Shown here in pieces: positions 17,757-27,766 of a stretch of 32,423 nt of DNA. Where the stretch lies: NCBI GenBank assembly GCA_963813025.1, contig CAWEXO010000007.1, positions 1 through 32,423 on the forward strand, read 5' to 3'. How positions within the stretch are numbered: position 1 is the stretch's first letter; each line of letters starts with the position of its first letter. Below the pieces are notes generated by a model. The model ran no database searches and was not told where the DNA came from. It saw only the letters and a list, made by a program, of their open reading frames with translations. The DNA comes from an uncultured Verrucomicrobiae bacterium (GTDB lineage Bacteria > Verrucomicrobiota > Verrucomicrobiia > Chthoniobacterales > JAFAMB01). Made by a program: the position numbers and the translations under genes.

Positions 17757-19338
17757 CCCGGATATTTCATCATAAGTGCAAAAAAGTAGCGAAGTTTTTT
17801 ATATAACCTGTTAGCAATGAATTAGTTACAAACAAAGCAACAGGAAACTTCGCTAATGACAAAATGTACTGAGTTTGATTTCGAATTACCAGGAGTAAAA
17901 GGGAGAAAGATTCAAGGCAATTTCGAAGGTGGAGAAGTCACCAGCGACGGCGGCTTGGTGGTACTGCGGCAAGTCGACCGCTGGATTGGTCTAACCAAGG
18001 CATTGGCCAAGCGCTTGCCCGATCAGCGAGATCCGGACAAGATCGAGCATTCCTTGGGGAGCATGCTCCGGCAGCGCATTTACGAATTGGCCCTGGGCTA
18101 TGAAGATCTTAATGACCATGACACTTTGCGCAAAGATCCATTGTGGCAGACGGACAGTGAACGAACCGAGCAATTAGCCAGTTGCTCGACGCTGTGTCGA
18201 TTCGAAAACCGAGCGGGGCGCACGGAAGCGCGGCTGATGCACGAAGTGTGGTTCGAGCAGTTTGTGGGCAGCTTCGAATCGGCACCCAGCGAATTGATTC
18301 TGGATTTTGACTGCACCGACGATCGGGTGCACGGCCTGCAAGAAGGTCGCCACTTCCACGGCTATTACTACGATTTTTGCTTTTTGCCGCTTTATGTCTT
18401 TTGCGGCGAACAGCTGCTGGTCAGTTACCTGCGAGAGAGTAACATTGATTCGGCCAAACATGCCTGGGCGATCTTGGCCTTGGTGGTCAAAGGACTGCGC
18501 CGACGCTGGCCTCAGGTCAAGATTATCCTGCGAGCCGATAGCGGGTTCTGCCGCTGGAAGATGCTGCGTTGGTGCGAGCGTCACCAAGTCCAGTACCTGG
18601 TTGGATTGGCCAAAAATCCGCGACTCAACGCACTGTCGGTCAAACTGCAAAGACGCGCGCAACGTAAACACCAGAAGAGCGGGAAAAAAGTGCGGCTCTT
18701 CACGCACTTTAAGTACAAAGCCAAAACCTGGGACAAGAAACGCCGGGTGATCGCCAAGGCCGAACACAACGATCGGGGTGCTAATCCGCGCTACGTGCTT
18801 ACCAATTTAGAGGGACGTGCGCAGGCACTCTACGATGAGATTTATTGCGCTCGCGGGGAGATGGAAAATCGCATCAAAGAACAGCAGCTTGGCCTCTTCA
18901 GTGATCGCACCAGCTGTCATGCTTGGTGGGCCAATCAGTTCCGACTCTTGCTCTCCTCGGCCGCCTACGTGCTTTTAGAAGCGCTGCGACGTATCGGCTT
19001 AAGCGGCACCCAATTAGCCTGTGCCCAGGTTGGCACTATCCGCTTACGCTTACTGAAAGTCGGTGCGCTCATCACCCGTAATACTCGCCGAATACGCTTG
19101 CGCTTGAGCTCAAGCTTTCCACTCCAAGCACTCTTTTGCTCCTGCCTAGCGCATTTTTACGGTTAAGGTCCCTTCGCGGTGCTGACCCCGGCACCCGAAA
19201 AACAACGGCGGCTTACTCGCGGTGTCTCCCGAGGGCGCTCTTGCAGCATCCAATCGCCCGCTTTTTGACAAAACTATTACCATCCCCAACTATCTTATCT
19301 CGCACTTGCGCTAACCTCCACGTGATGCAAAACGCGGG
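17757..19338 (+). mobile_element. IS1380-family insertion sequence
   Basis: Ends CCCGGATATTTCATCA and reverse complement CCCGCGTTTTGCATCA; 4-bp TSD TTAG at 17753-17756 and 19339-19342. Confidence 0.92.
17856..19166 (+). CDS. IS1380-family transposase (intact ORF)
   Basis: FEGGEVTSDGG, GYEDLNDH, LDFDCTDD, RADSGF, YCARGEMENRIKEQQ. Confidence 0.93.
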   Translation: MTKCTEFDFELPGVKGRKIQGNFEGGEVTSDGGLVVLRQVDRWIGLTKALAKRLPDQRDPDKIEHSLGSMLRQRIYELALGYEDLNDHDTLRKDPLWQTDSERTEQLASCSTLCRFENRAGRTEARLMHEVWFEQFVGSFESAPSELILDFDCTDDRVHGLQEGRHFHGYYYDFCFLPLYVFCGEQLLVSYLRESNIDSAKHAWAILALVVKGLRRRWPQVKIILRADSGFCRWKMLRWCERHQVQYLVGLAKNPRLNALSVKLQRRAQRKHQKSGKKVRLFTHFKYKAKTWDKKRRVIAKAEHNDRGANPRYVLTNLEGRAQALYDEIYCARGEMENRIKEQQLGLFSDRTSCHAWWANQFRLLLSSAAYVLLEALRRIGLSGTQLACAQVGTIRLRLLKVGALITRNTRRIRLRLSSSFPLQALFCSCLAHFYG

Positions 19339-19714
19339 TTAGAGAAGGAGCCAGGCTCTCCTTTGTTCCCGACCGCTTTGGGAAAGACGGACAAGTTATC
19401 GTGCCGGCCGCTTGTGCGCACTGATGCTGCGGACATGCTCAAAAGACGACTCAAACAAGCCGGATTGCCGGCTCACTATTCGCCTCACTCATTTCGGGCA
19501 ACCGGTATTACGAATTTTCTGGAAAATGACGGCTCTCTCGAAGCAGCTCAGCGAATGGCTGGCCACGCAGACAGCCGCACCACGAAACTCTATGACCGCC
19601 GCGGGCAAAAGGTTCTCCTGGAGGATATGGAAAGGATTCGATATTGAAGATGATGTTAATTCGTTGGACGGCTTCCATCAAGCGTCCAATTCTTAATAAC
19701 ACAACGTCCGATAA

Positions 19715-20014
19715 ATGAATCCCCAAATCCTCTCCGTTTTGGCAGGTACGTCTGGGGCTATTGACCTACTCGCTGTTATCTCCTATTTCTACTATTCCTA
19801 CCGCATACGAGAGCTGGAGAGCTCTGAACGATCCATTCGCCAGCTTGTCGAGGGAGAAGGCCTGTTCAACTCCGACCAGATACTACAAATACTTCGAGAA
19901 TTCAAAGAAGACGGGGCTAGGTTGGAGGCACTCAAAACCTTCGGAAATATCGGTATTCCTCCCTCACCGCCTATCCGTAGTAGTCGTAGTAGGTGTCGCA
20001 AGGGCCTGTTGTAG
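19715..20014 (+). CDS. Hypothetical protein with N-terminal membrane segment, probably truncated
   Basis: Hydrophobic N-terminus and helical charged region; the tail looks non-coding. Confidence 0.35.
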   Translation: MNPQILSVLAGTSGAIDLLAVISYFYYSYRIRELESSERSIRQLVEGEGLFNSDQILQILREFKEDGARLEALKTFGNIGIPPSPPIRSSRSRCRKGLL

Positions 20015-20254
20015 TAACCGGCTTTGAAAGAAAGACAGTCTGGGCAGGTGAGCGGGGCTTACGATAGGCGGTATCCACGGTGCGGCGCTGACGCGCGAGC
20101 GCGGTCTTTGTTTCTTCCTTGGTGAGATAGGGAAAGTTGCGGATCTGGCCCGGACCCGTCAGATGCGGCCCCATTTCCGGACGAAGCACCATGCGACGAC
20201 AGGGGTCCTCTCCTCCATGCTGTGTTAATGCTGGATTCTGTGTTAAATCGGATC

Positions 20255-20482
20255 ATGGAAATAAGCGAGCAAGCGTATCGGAATTTCCAGCGACACGTCG
20301 ACCGGCTCTGTTTTCTGATCGTTGCAAGCGATTGCCCGGATAGCCAAATCGAGATCGAGCGGCTCAACCTCCGAGCCCAGGCGATGAGCCTATTCCCTGA
20401 GAGTATTCCGCTCTATGACATGATTTACGAGAGCCGTTTCCGCCGGTTGCACGAGCAGTTCCGCTGCTCCAATTATCGCTAG
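20255..20482 (+). CDS. Small hypothetical protein
   Basis: Protein-like MEISEQAYRNFQRHVDRLCFLIV…LYDMIYESRFRRLHEQFR. Confidence 0.6.
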   Translation: MEISEQAYRNFQRHVDRLCFLIVASDCPDSQIEIERLNLRAQAMSLFPESIPLYDMIYESRFRRLHEQFRCSNYR

Positions 20483-20609
20483 CCTAATGCCCGATGGCCT
20501 GCCCGCGAACAAAGAATCGAGCCATCATGATGCTAGAGCCGATCATCGGGCGGCTGCGGTAACTGCTCAAAGTTTCCCGTCGCATGAAGTTGTTCAGCAG
20601 AATCATACG

Positions 20610-20903
20610 TCAACGCCTTGTCGCGGTCGCCAGAAGACGCTCTTTGACTGCTTGCGGGTTGGCAGTGACGAAGAAAACCTCTTGGACAGCCGTTCCGGTT
20701 TTAGCAAGCGCTTTCAGTCCTGTCCCAGTAAAATACTTGATTTCCAGGCTAATCTGCCGCTTGGAACCCTTGGTCGGTCTAGTTCGTCCGGGAATAATCG
20801 ACTGAATGTTCTCCCAGGGCGCAATGCTTTCCAAGAGCGGCCGCAAACCCTCAATAAGGGCATGCTCATATTTCAGCTTTGAGCTCTTGCCGCGATGTTT
20901 CAT
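20610..20903 (-). CDS. DUF2103-like protein
   Basis: HALIEGLRPLLE…IIPGR…GLKALAKTGTAVQEVFFVT; AAAGGTGG RBS upstream of the ATG. Confidence 0.72.
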   Translation of the reverse strand: MKHRGKSSKLKYEHALIEGLRPLLESIAPWENIQSIIPGRTRPTKGSKRQISLEIKYFTGTGLKALAKTGTAVQEVFFVTANPQAVKERLLATATRR

Positions 20904-21140
20904 AGCTCGTCCACCTTTCGGAGATTCTTGAACACATCTCAATCGTTTGTCTTTCTGCCCAGATTTAGCCTTCGAATGTGGCCATACGGCGATCAAATTC
21001 ACGTTGCCGTCGTTGGCCGATGATCCGGACTGAAGCTATTGCTGCCAGCGGTCCATGTCATAACCACAAAACATAGCTGCCCCACTCGCCGTATCCCTCT
21101 GGCTTACCCGGTTTTCCGTCCATTTGCTAATCAACCCCCG

Positions 21141-21300
21141 TTGGCGGATAGCGCACAAGGCGTAGGGTTAAACGAAATTCTCGCCTTTGCTACCGAGCGG
21201 CTTGCAGACTACAAAGTTCCGGAGACCATCGAGGTCGTCGATAAGATTCCCCGCAACACCCCCGGCAAGGTCGACCGCCAATTGTTATTGACGGAGCCGG
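21141..21300 (+). pseudogene. C-terminal fragment of an AMP-binding (acyl-CoA synthetase-like) enzyme
   Basis: ERLADYKVPETIEVVDKIPRNTPGKVDR, the A10-type motif, with no N-terminal domain. Confidence 0.7.
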
Positions 21301-21416
21301 GTTGCCTCAATATGAGGCATACCGACGGCGCCATAGCGGCCGCAAATGACCGATAGCCAATGAGCTATAAATCGGATTCTGGAGCGTTTTCTTTTGGTTA
21401 AATGATCCTTGAAGGT

Positions 21417-21454
21417 CTAAGCGTACTTTAATTTCCGTTTCGTGCAGTCACCGG
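21417..21454 (-). repeat. Degenerate Tn3-family inverted repeat, facing left
   Basis: Reverse complement CCGGTGACTGCACGAAACGGAAATTAAAGTACGCTTAG; inner part matches the Tn21-type consensus. Confidence 0.6.
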
Positions 21455-21749
21455 ATGAACGCAGACCAACCGCCCCGCCTGTGTTCCCCTCTTTCGCCAT
21501 GCCGGTTGCATGAGAGAACAACGAAGGACCGTTTTTTCTTGCATATCCCAAAATTGAACGTTTGATTTTGTGCTGAGAACGTCCTCCCCAAATGAACTTT
21601 CACCATGGTCGAAAGATCCTTCGTTCGAGGCGTTTCATTCGGAGTCATTTCAATAGCCGTCGTGTGGTTTACGGCAAGCTCGAGCCCTTTGCCGCAACTT
21701 TGTTGTTATCCCCGGCTTCATTGGCTTTTAGGAGGATGGGGGATTTTCT

Positions 21750-22424
21750 ATGACAGACCCACAGGCAGGTGGAGGAGCCGCAGCGACATTTTTCAATGTG
21801 CATCAGCGCGCGACGATCGAGGCGGCGATGGCGCGCATTATTCCTACTGACGACCAACCCGGCGCCAGAGAGGCCGGGACGATCGACTTCCTCGATCGTT
21901 ACCTCTCGGGACCTGATTTTATCTACGCGAAGCCGGATGGAAGTGGCTTCGAGAAGCTCGAGGGCAAGCGCGCCGATGCCTGGAGGCAACGCGTCGAGAT
22001 CATCCGGGCTAAATATGTCGATGGTATCACGGAACTGGACCGCAAAAGCCAGTCCCAGTTCGGTGCAGAGTTTGTGCAGCTTACCCCCGAGCAGCAGGAC
22101 CGTATCCTGACCGATATGGAACATCCCGCGCTGGAGACCGGAGTGGGGATGGAAGAGACAAAGGCCGTCGAGCCAGCGCTCCAGCAGACGAACGCGGAGA
22201 TCGATCTCGCCTTCTTCCCGTTGTTAGCTCTGCACACTCGCCAGGGCTTCTACGCCGATCCGATCTATGGCGGCAACAAAAACCGCGTTGGCTGGAAATT
22301 AATCGGATTTCAGGGGCCGGAATCGCTGACGGAAACGCACGCCGGACGTTTCACAACACTGCCGTTCTTCGCTGAACAGCAGATCGATTGGGAGGAAGAA
22401 AAGAATCATAGCTCAAAAGCGTAA
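21750..22424 (+). CDS. Gluconate 2-dehydrogenase subunit 3 family protein (no Tat signal)
   Basis: ARIIPTDDQPGAREAG, FFPLLALHTRQGFYADPIYGGNKNRVGWKLIGFQGP. Confidence 0.9.
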   Translation: MTDPQAGGGAAATFFNVHQRATIEAAMARIIPTDDQPGAREAGTIDFLDRYLSGPDFIYAKPDGSGFEKLEGKRADAWRQRVEIIRAKYVDGITELDRKSQSQFGAEFVQLTPEQQDRILTDMEHPALETGVGMEETKAVEPALQQTNAEIDLAFFPLLALHTRQGFYADPIYGGNKNRVGWKLIGFQGPESLTETHAGRFTTLPFFAEQQIDWEEEKNHSSKA

Positions 22425-22434
22425 ACCGGATCGT

Positions 22435-24057
22435 GTGGATGTTGTTATCATCGGGGCGGGAGCATCTGGGGCGACCGCCGCAAAGGTCCTCACCGAGCGC
22501 GGAATGCGAGTGGTGGCACTCGAGCGAGGGCCATGGCGTAAGCGCGAAAGCTTTGGCGGTGACGAGTTAGCCAACGTCAATCGCTACAACCTTTGGCCCG
22601 ATCCAATCCTTAATCCGCGTACGTTACGGGCCTCTGCGGGTGAAGAAGCCGAAATTAACCTTTTCTGTCCGGTGCCGCAGATGGTCGGCGGCGGTACGGT
22701 GCACTGGCAAGGCTGGCTTCCGCGTTTTACCGAGAGCGATTTTAAACTCCGCTCGATCGTGGGCGACGTGCCGGACGCAACGCTCGTCGATTGGCCAATC
22801 TCCTATGCCGATCTGGAGCCTTACTATACCGAAGTCGAGTGGGCCTTTGGCGTCTCGGGCGCCGGCGGCGTTAACAAGTTCGAGGGCTTTCGCAGTAAGG
22901 AGTATCCATGCCCGCCGCTGCCCGCGACACGATACGGCCAAAAGTTCCACGTAGGCTGCCGCAAACTCGGCTACAACTCCTTTCCGACCCCGATGGCGGC
23001 CCTTTCGCGTCCCTACAACGGGCGCCCAGTTACCGTTCAAAGCGCCTTTGCCCAGCAGCACGGCGACCCGACCGGCACGCGATCGAGCGCTCTCTCGGTC
23101 TTTGTTCCCGACGCGCTTAAGACTGGCAGATACGATCTGCGTCCCGACTGTTACGTGCATGAAATCACCGTTGACGAGCGTGGTCGTTGCAGGAGCGCTG
23201 TGTACCAGGACGCCGAAGGCGATTTCATTGAGCAGGAAGCGGACATTTTTATCCTCTCCTGCGGAGCGATTGAATCGGCCCGACTGTTGCTGCTTTCGCG
23301 GTCGGGGCGCTTTCCGCACGGGCTTGCGAACGGTAGCGATCTGGTAGGGCGCAACGCAACATTCCACGAATTTAGCGCCGCAGTGGGCGTGTTCGAAGAT
23401 CCGATTTATGCCTGGGCTGGCGGGGGATATGTGGCCGCAAGCAGCTTCCAATTCTACGAGCATGACGAAAAACGGGGCTTCGCCGGGGGGTGCCATATTG
23501 CATGCGCGGGTGTCGGCATTCCGCTGCCAATCAACTGGAGCCTGCCGGGTCGCCCGGCATGGGGAGCCCAGGCGAAGCAGATCGATCGTGACTTTTACAA
23601 CCATAGCTTCGCCATCGCAATGGTCGTGCACGATATGCCCCAACATGATAACCGCGTTGATCTTGACGATAAGGTCAAGGATGCGTGGGGCTTGCCCGTT
23701 GCACGCATTACCAACAAGATCCACGAAAATGACCTTAAGATGGGTCGCTGGGTTATCGATCATAACGCCGAGATACTTGATGCAGCTGGCGCGAAAAAAG
23801 TCTACCCCGTTTATATCGACCGCATTACGGGCAACTGTTCTCACCAGCACGGCACCACGCGCATGGGCGACGACCCTGAATCATCCGTACTGAACAAGTG
23901 GTGTCAGGCGCACGAGGTAGACAACCTCTTTGTCATTGACGGAGGGCCGTTTCCGACCGCCACTGGAGCCAACCCCACACTTACAATCATGGCGAACGCC
24001 TGGCGCGTCGCTGATTACATTGCCGGTCGCTACAAGGCGGAACGCAAACCGCAATAG
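22435..24057 (+). CDS. GMC-family FAD oxidoreductase (start may lie at 22408)
   Basis: VVIIGAGASG, VGGGTVHW, WPISYADLEPYY, HQHGTTRMG, GANPTLTIMA. Confidence 0.93.
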   Translation: MDVVIIGAGASGATAAKVLTERGMRVVALERGPWRKRESFGGDELANVNRYNLWPDPILNPRTLRASAGEEAEINLFCPVPQMVGGGTVHWQGWLPRFTESDFKLRSIVGDVPDATLVDWPISYADLEPYYTEVEWAFGVSGAGGVNKFEGFRSKEYPCPPLPATRYGQKFHVGCRKLGYNSFPTPMAALSRPYNGRPVTVQSAFAQQHGDPTGTRSSALSVFVPDALKTGRYDLRPDCYVHEITVDERGRCRSAVYQDAEGDFIEQEADIFILSCGAIESARLLLLSRSGRFPHGLANGSDLVGRNATFHEFSAAVGVFEDPIYAWAGGGYVAASSFQFYEHDEKRGFAGGCHIACAGVGIPLPINWSLPGRPAWGAQAKQIDRDFYNHSFAIAMVVHDMPQHDNRVDLDDKVKDAWGLPVARITNKIHENDLKMGRWVIDHNAEILDAAGAKKVYPVYIDRITGNCSHQHGTTRMGDDPESSVLNKWCQAHEVDNLFVIDGGPFPTATGANPTLTIMANAWRVADYIAGRYKAERKPQ

Positions 24058-24111
24058 CCACATTGAGGGGCCTCTGACCTTGTCGCAAAACCAGTTAAAG
24101 AAATATTAAAC

Positions 24112-24948
24112 ATGCCGACTTGGAACAAAGCTTACCATGCGAACTGTTGGGGAGCACTAGGAGGGGCGCCAGTTGGAGTAACCTCCATCAAAGATTTGTA
24201 TTACCGAACGTTTGGCGACATGAATCGCGCCATCGCGGATATCGGAGCCGCTGGTTATAAAGGAATTGAACTCTTCGACGGCAACCTTCTGGACTATGAA
24301 GGGAAGGTCGGTGAGCTTCGAAGTCAATTGGTCGATGCCGGACTGAATTTTCTGGCCGTGTACAGCGGTGGCAACTTCATCTTTCCGGAGATTTTGTCGG
24401 AAGAATTATGGCGAATCCGCAAAGGAGCAGATCTGGCCGCCGAACTCGGCGCTCGGCACCTGGTCGTAGGGGGCGGCGCGCAACGAACGACTCCGGCCAT
24501 GGACGAAGATTATCGCCGCCTCGGAGAAGGATTGAACCAGGTTGTTAAAGTCGCCGAGGAACGTGGCATGACCGCTCATTATCATCCGCATCTTACTACA
24601 ATGGCGGAATCGCCTGAACAGATTCGAAAGGTGTTTGATCTCTCAAACATTCATTTTTGTCCGGACACTGCCCATCTGGCGGCTGGCGGCGGCGATCCAG
24701 CAAAACTTATCCTCGAGCACGCGGATCGTATTACATATGTCCATCTCAAGGACTTTCGCCGCGACCCGTTTGCGTTTCTGCCGCTCGGCAAAGGCGAGTT
24801 GAATATGGACGCTATTCTGCAGGCACTGGTCACGATTAAATATGCGGGCTGGCTTCTAGTCGAATTGGACTCCTACGACGATCCGAAAGCCGGGGCAGAG
24901 AGTAGCATGCGTTATCTGACCGGATTCGAAAAGCGAGTGAAAGACTAA
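24112..24948 (+). CDS. Sugar phosphate isomerase/epimerase TIM-barrel protein (IolE-like)
   Basis: GYKGIELF, YHPH, CPDTAHL, YVHLKD, GWLLVELD metal-binding motifs. Confidence 0.88.
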   Translation: MPTWNKAYHANCWGALGGAPVGVTSIKDLYYRTFGDMNRAIADIGAAGYKGIELFDGNLLDYEGKVGELRSQLVDAGLNFLAVYSGGNFIFPEILSEELWRIRKGADLAAELGARHLVVGGGAQRTTPAMDEDYRRLGEGLNQVVKVAEERGMTAHYHPHLTTMAESPEQIRKVFDLSNIHFCPDTAHLAAGGGDPAKLILEHADRITYVHLKDFRRDPFAFLPLGKGELNMDAILQALVTIKYAGWLLVELDSYDDPKAGAESSMRYLTGFEKRVKD

Positions 24949-25001
24949 AGCATTCCTTTGATAGTATTTGATAGCCATTTCCTAACCGTAAAAATAGACC
25001 C

Positions 25002-26129
25002 ATGAGAAAACTTAGCCCTCTCACCACAATCGTCTTTGCGTTTGCATTGACCGGCGGGATCGTACAACGCGCTACCAGCGAAAACGTCGACCCTGCAAAA
25101 GCATTGGCCGAAATCCAGCAAAAGCCGTTGAGTAAAGGTCCGCACGGCGAGGATCCGGCGCCTGCCAGCTCTGTGACCCTAACGCCTGAAGAACTTGATA
25201 AGATCAAAGGCCTTAAAGCCAAGGCCGCGATTGTGATGCACTACGCGGGAAATGATTGGTCCCAGGCGCAGGTGGCCGGTCTGAAAGCGCAGTTTGCAAA
25301 GATGGGAATTGATGTGATCGCGGTCACAGACGCGGGCTTCAAGCCGGAGAAACAAGTCTCCGATATCGAGACAGTTCTCGCCCAAAAACCGCAAATAATC
25401 GTATCGATCCCAACCGATCCGGTCTCCACAGCGTCAGCCTATATGAAGGCGAGCCAGCAAGGAGTCAAGCTGGTCTTCATGGATAACGTGCCGAAGGGGA
25501 TGGAAGCGGGGAAAGATTATGTCAGTGTCGTATCGGCAGACAACGCCGGGAACGGCGCAGTGGCTGCCCTTCTGATGGGGAAGTTTCTGAAAGGCAAGGG
25601 GCAAATCGGCCTCGTCTACCATGCGGCGGACTTTTTCGTGACCCGCCAACGCTATGATACTTTCAAGAAAACGATCACGAACGATTATCCCGCGATCAAG
25701 GTCGTAGAGGAACAAGGTATCGGTGGCCCCGACTTTTCCGGGGACGGAGAGAAAGCGGCTTCGGCAATCCTGACCTCCCATCGGGGTGTAAACGGCATCT
25801 GGGCAGTCTGGGATGTACCGGCGGAAGGAGTAATTTCCGCGGCGCGATCCGCCGGAGCGGACAATTTAATCGTGACCTGCTGCGACCTGGGGTTGAATGT
25901 CGCCATCGATATGGCTCAGAATGGCTTTGTCAAGGGATTGGGAGCGCAGCGGCCGTATGACCAAGCGGTAACCGAGGCGCTTCTTGGCGGATACGGGCTG
26001 CTTGGTAAACCGGCCCCGGCTTACGTCGCGTTGCCTGCACTTCCGGTAACCCGGGACAACCTGCTTGAGGCTTGGAAGGAAGTCTATCACGCTGAGGCGC
26101 CCGACAGTGTCAAGCAGAGCATGAAATGA
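25002..26129 (+). CDS. Sugar ABC transporter substrate-binding protein
   Basis: Signal peptide; KLVFMDNVP, VVSADN, IWAVWDVPAEG. Confidence 0.9.
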   Translation: MRKLSPLTTIVFAFALTGGIVQRATSENVDPAKALAEIQQKPLSKGPHGEDPAPASSVTLTPEELDKIKGLKAKAAIVMHYAGNDWSQAQVAGLKAQFAKMGIDVIAVTDAGFKPEKQVSDIETVLAQKPQIIVSIPTDPVSTASAYMKASQQGVKLVFMDNVPKGMEAGKDYVSVVSADNAGNGAVAALLMGKFLKGKGQIGLVYHAADFFVTRQRYDTFKKTITNDYPAIKVVEEQGIGGPDFSGDGEKAASAILTSHRGVNGIWAVWDVPAEGVISAARSAGADNLIVTCCDLGLNVAIDMAQNGFVKGLGAQRPYDQAVTEALLGGYGLLGKPAPAYVALPALPVTRDNLLEAWKEVYHAEAPDSVKQSMK

Positions 26130-26203
26130 ACATTCGGCGGTGGGTTAACCGAATGTATAGCGGAAGTATCCGGAGCAACCCAAAATCTCACTAACACTAT
26201 GAA

Positions 26204-27766
26204 ATGAGCCAAGCCGAACAACCGCCAGTCGACGCTGTGGCCATGATTGGGATTGCCAAATCATTTGGCGGCGTTGCGGCCTTGGAACATGTGGATTTTA
26301 GCGTGCGAAAAGGCGAAATTCACGCCCTGTTGGGGGGCAACGGCGCCGGAAAATCCACGGTTCTGAAGATGCTTTCCGGCGTACACAAGCCGGATAAGGG
26401 TCAGATTTGGATTAACGGGGTCAAGCTCGAAGAACATGCACCGGAAGCGGCGCGCCGTTTGGGAATCGCCATGATCTTCCAGGAGATGAGTCTGATTCCT
26501 TCCTTGACAGTTGCTCAGAATATATTTTTAACGCGAGAACCTAAGGGTGCGATTGGAATGCTGGACGATCGCGCGGCTTTAAAGGAAGCACGCATTCTTC
26601 TGGAAAAAATCGGCGTCAACCTGGACCCGCGACGCCGCGTTGACAATCTCAGTTCTGGCCAGCGGCAACTTACGGAAATTGCGAAAGCCCTTTCGCAACA
26701 GGCGAGCGTCCTCATCATGGACGAACCAACGTCGACGCTCAGCTCGGCGGAAATCGAGCACTTGTTTGGCTTTCTCGACAGACTGAAGAAGTCCCATGCG
26801 TCGATCATTTATGTATCGCACAGAATGGAAGAAATCCGCCGCATCTCGGATAGGGTTACTGTTATCCGGAACGGGCGCAACGTGATGACGAAAGCGGTGG
26901 CCGAAACGACGCTTGATTCCATCGTCGAGGAAATCGTCGGACGAAGAGTTGGCGCTTTCGAGCGAAAAGCGCGAACCACTAAGCCGGGGGCAGAAGTGCT
27001 GCGCTGCCTAAACGTTACCGCTAAACCGCGTCCAGTTGAAGCGACCCTGACCGTTCGCGCTGGCGAAATCGTTGGAATCGCCGGTTTGATGGGCAGTGGC
27101 CGCACCTCCCTCGCAAAATCCATTTTTGGATTGCAACCGGTCGCTTCCGGTGAAATTCGCCTGAAAGAAAAGGCCGTGAAGATCAGCACACCTCCAGATG
27201 CGGTCGAAGCGGGCATCGCCATGATTCCGGAGGATCGTCTCACCCAAGGTTTGGTGCTTCAGCACAGCGTGGCGGATAATATGACCCTGCCGGTGATCGA
27301 TAGAAATTCCCGATTCGGTTTTGTACAGGAGGCGAAAGAGAAAGCTCTGGTTTCACAGTACATTGAGCAATTGCGGGTCAAGACGGCGTCGCCCCAAAAG
27401 CCGGTACGCACGCTTTCGGGAGGCAACGCACAGAAGGTTGTTCTGGCAAAATGGCTGGCGACGGACCCGCTTCTACTGATTTTGGATGAACCCACGGCCG
27501 GCGTGGATATTGGCAGCAAGACGGAGATCGTGGAGATCGTACGTAAATTCGCCGACCAGGGTAGAGGGGTCCTCGTAATATCTTCCGAACCCGCAGAGCT
27601 TCTCGCGCTGAGTGACCGAATCTTAGTCATGGCTGGAGGGCGGGTCGTTCGAGAGATCAGCTCAGAGGAGATCGAAAGCTGGGCGGAAAATTCAACGGAC
27701 GCAGCCCATAGAATCAGTTTGATGGAGACGGGCCTGCAAGTGGCCATCCAGGAGGCAAATTCATGA
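26204..27766 (+). CDS. Sugar ABC transporter ATP-binding protein (RbsA-like, two NBDs)
   Basis: GGNGAGKST, LIMDEPT, LSGGNAQK, LDEPTAGVDIG. Confidence 0.95.
   Translation: MSQAEQPPVDAVAMIGIAKSFGGVAALEHVDFSVRKGEIHALLGGNGAGKSTVLKMLSGVHKPDKGQIWINGVKLEEHAPEAARRLGIAMIFQEMSLIPSLTVAQNIFLTREPKGAIGMLDDRAALKEARILLEKIGVNLDPRRRVDNLSSGQRQLTEIAKALSQQASVLIMDEPTSTLSSAEIEHLFGFLDRLKKSHASIIYVSHRMEEIRRISDRVTVIRNGRNVMTKAVAETTLDSIVEEIVGRRVGAFERKARTTKPGAEVLRCLNVTAKPRPVEATLTVRAGEIVGIAGLMGSGRTSLAKSIFGLQPVASGEIRLKEKAVKISTPPDAVEAGIAMIPEDRLTQGLVLQHSVADNMTLPVIDRNSRFGFVQEAKEKALVSQYIEQLRVKTASPQKPVRTLSGGNAQKVVLAKWLATDPLLLILDEPTAGVDIGSKTEIVEIVRKFADQGRGVLVISSEPAELLALSDRILVMAGGRVVREISSEEIESWAENSTDAAHRISLMETGLQVAIQEANS

Larger units (their letters stand above)
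17562..19647 (+). pseudogene. Tyrosine recombinase/integrase, 5'-truncated and split by IS1380
   Basis: YTFARIGAVVNLKVEDYY…KELPVHHKLEELLDQYLKASGL joins in frame to EKEPGSPLFP…HSFRATGIT…MAGHADSRTTKLYDRR when the IS and one TSD copy are removed. Confidence 0.88.

Noticed and set aside
22624..23850. 408-aa minus-strand ORF, and similar ones at 14962-15735 and 28448-29305
   Set aside because: Antisense shadows of clear GC-rich genes with no recognisable motifs
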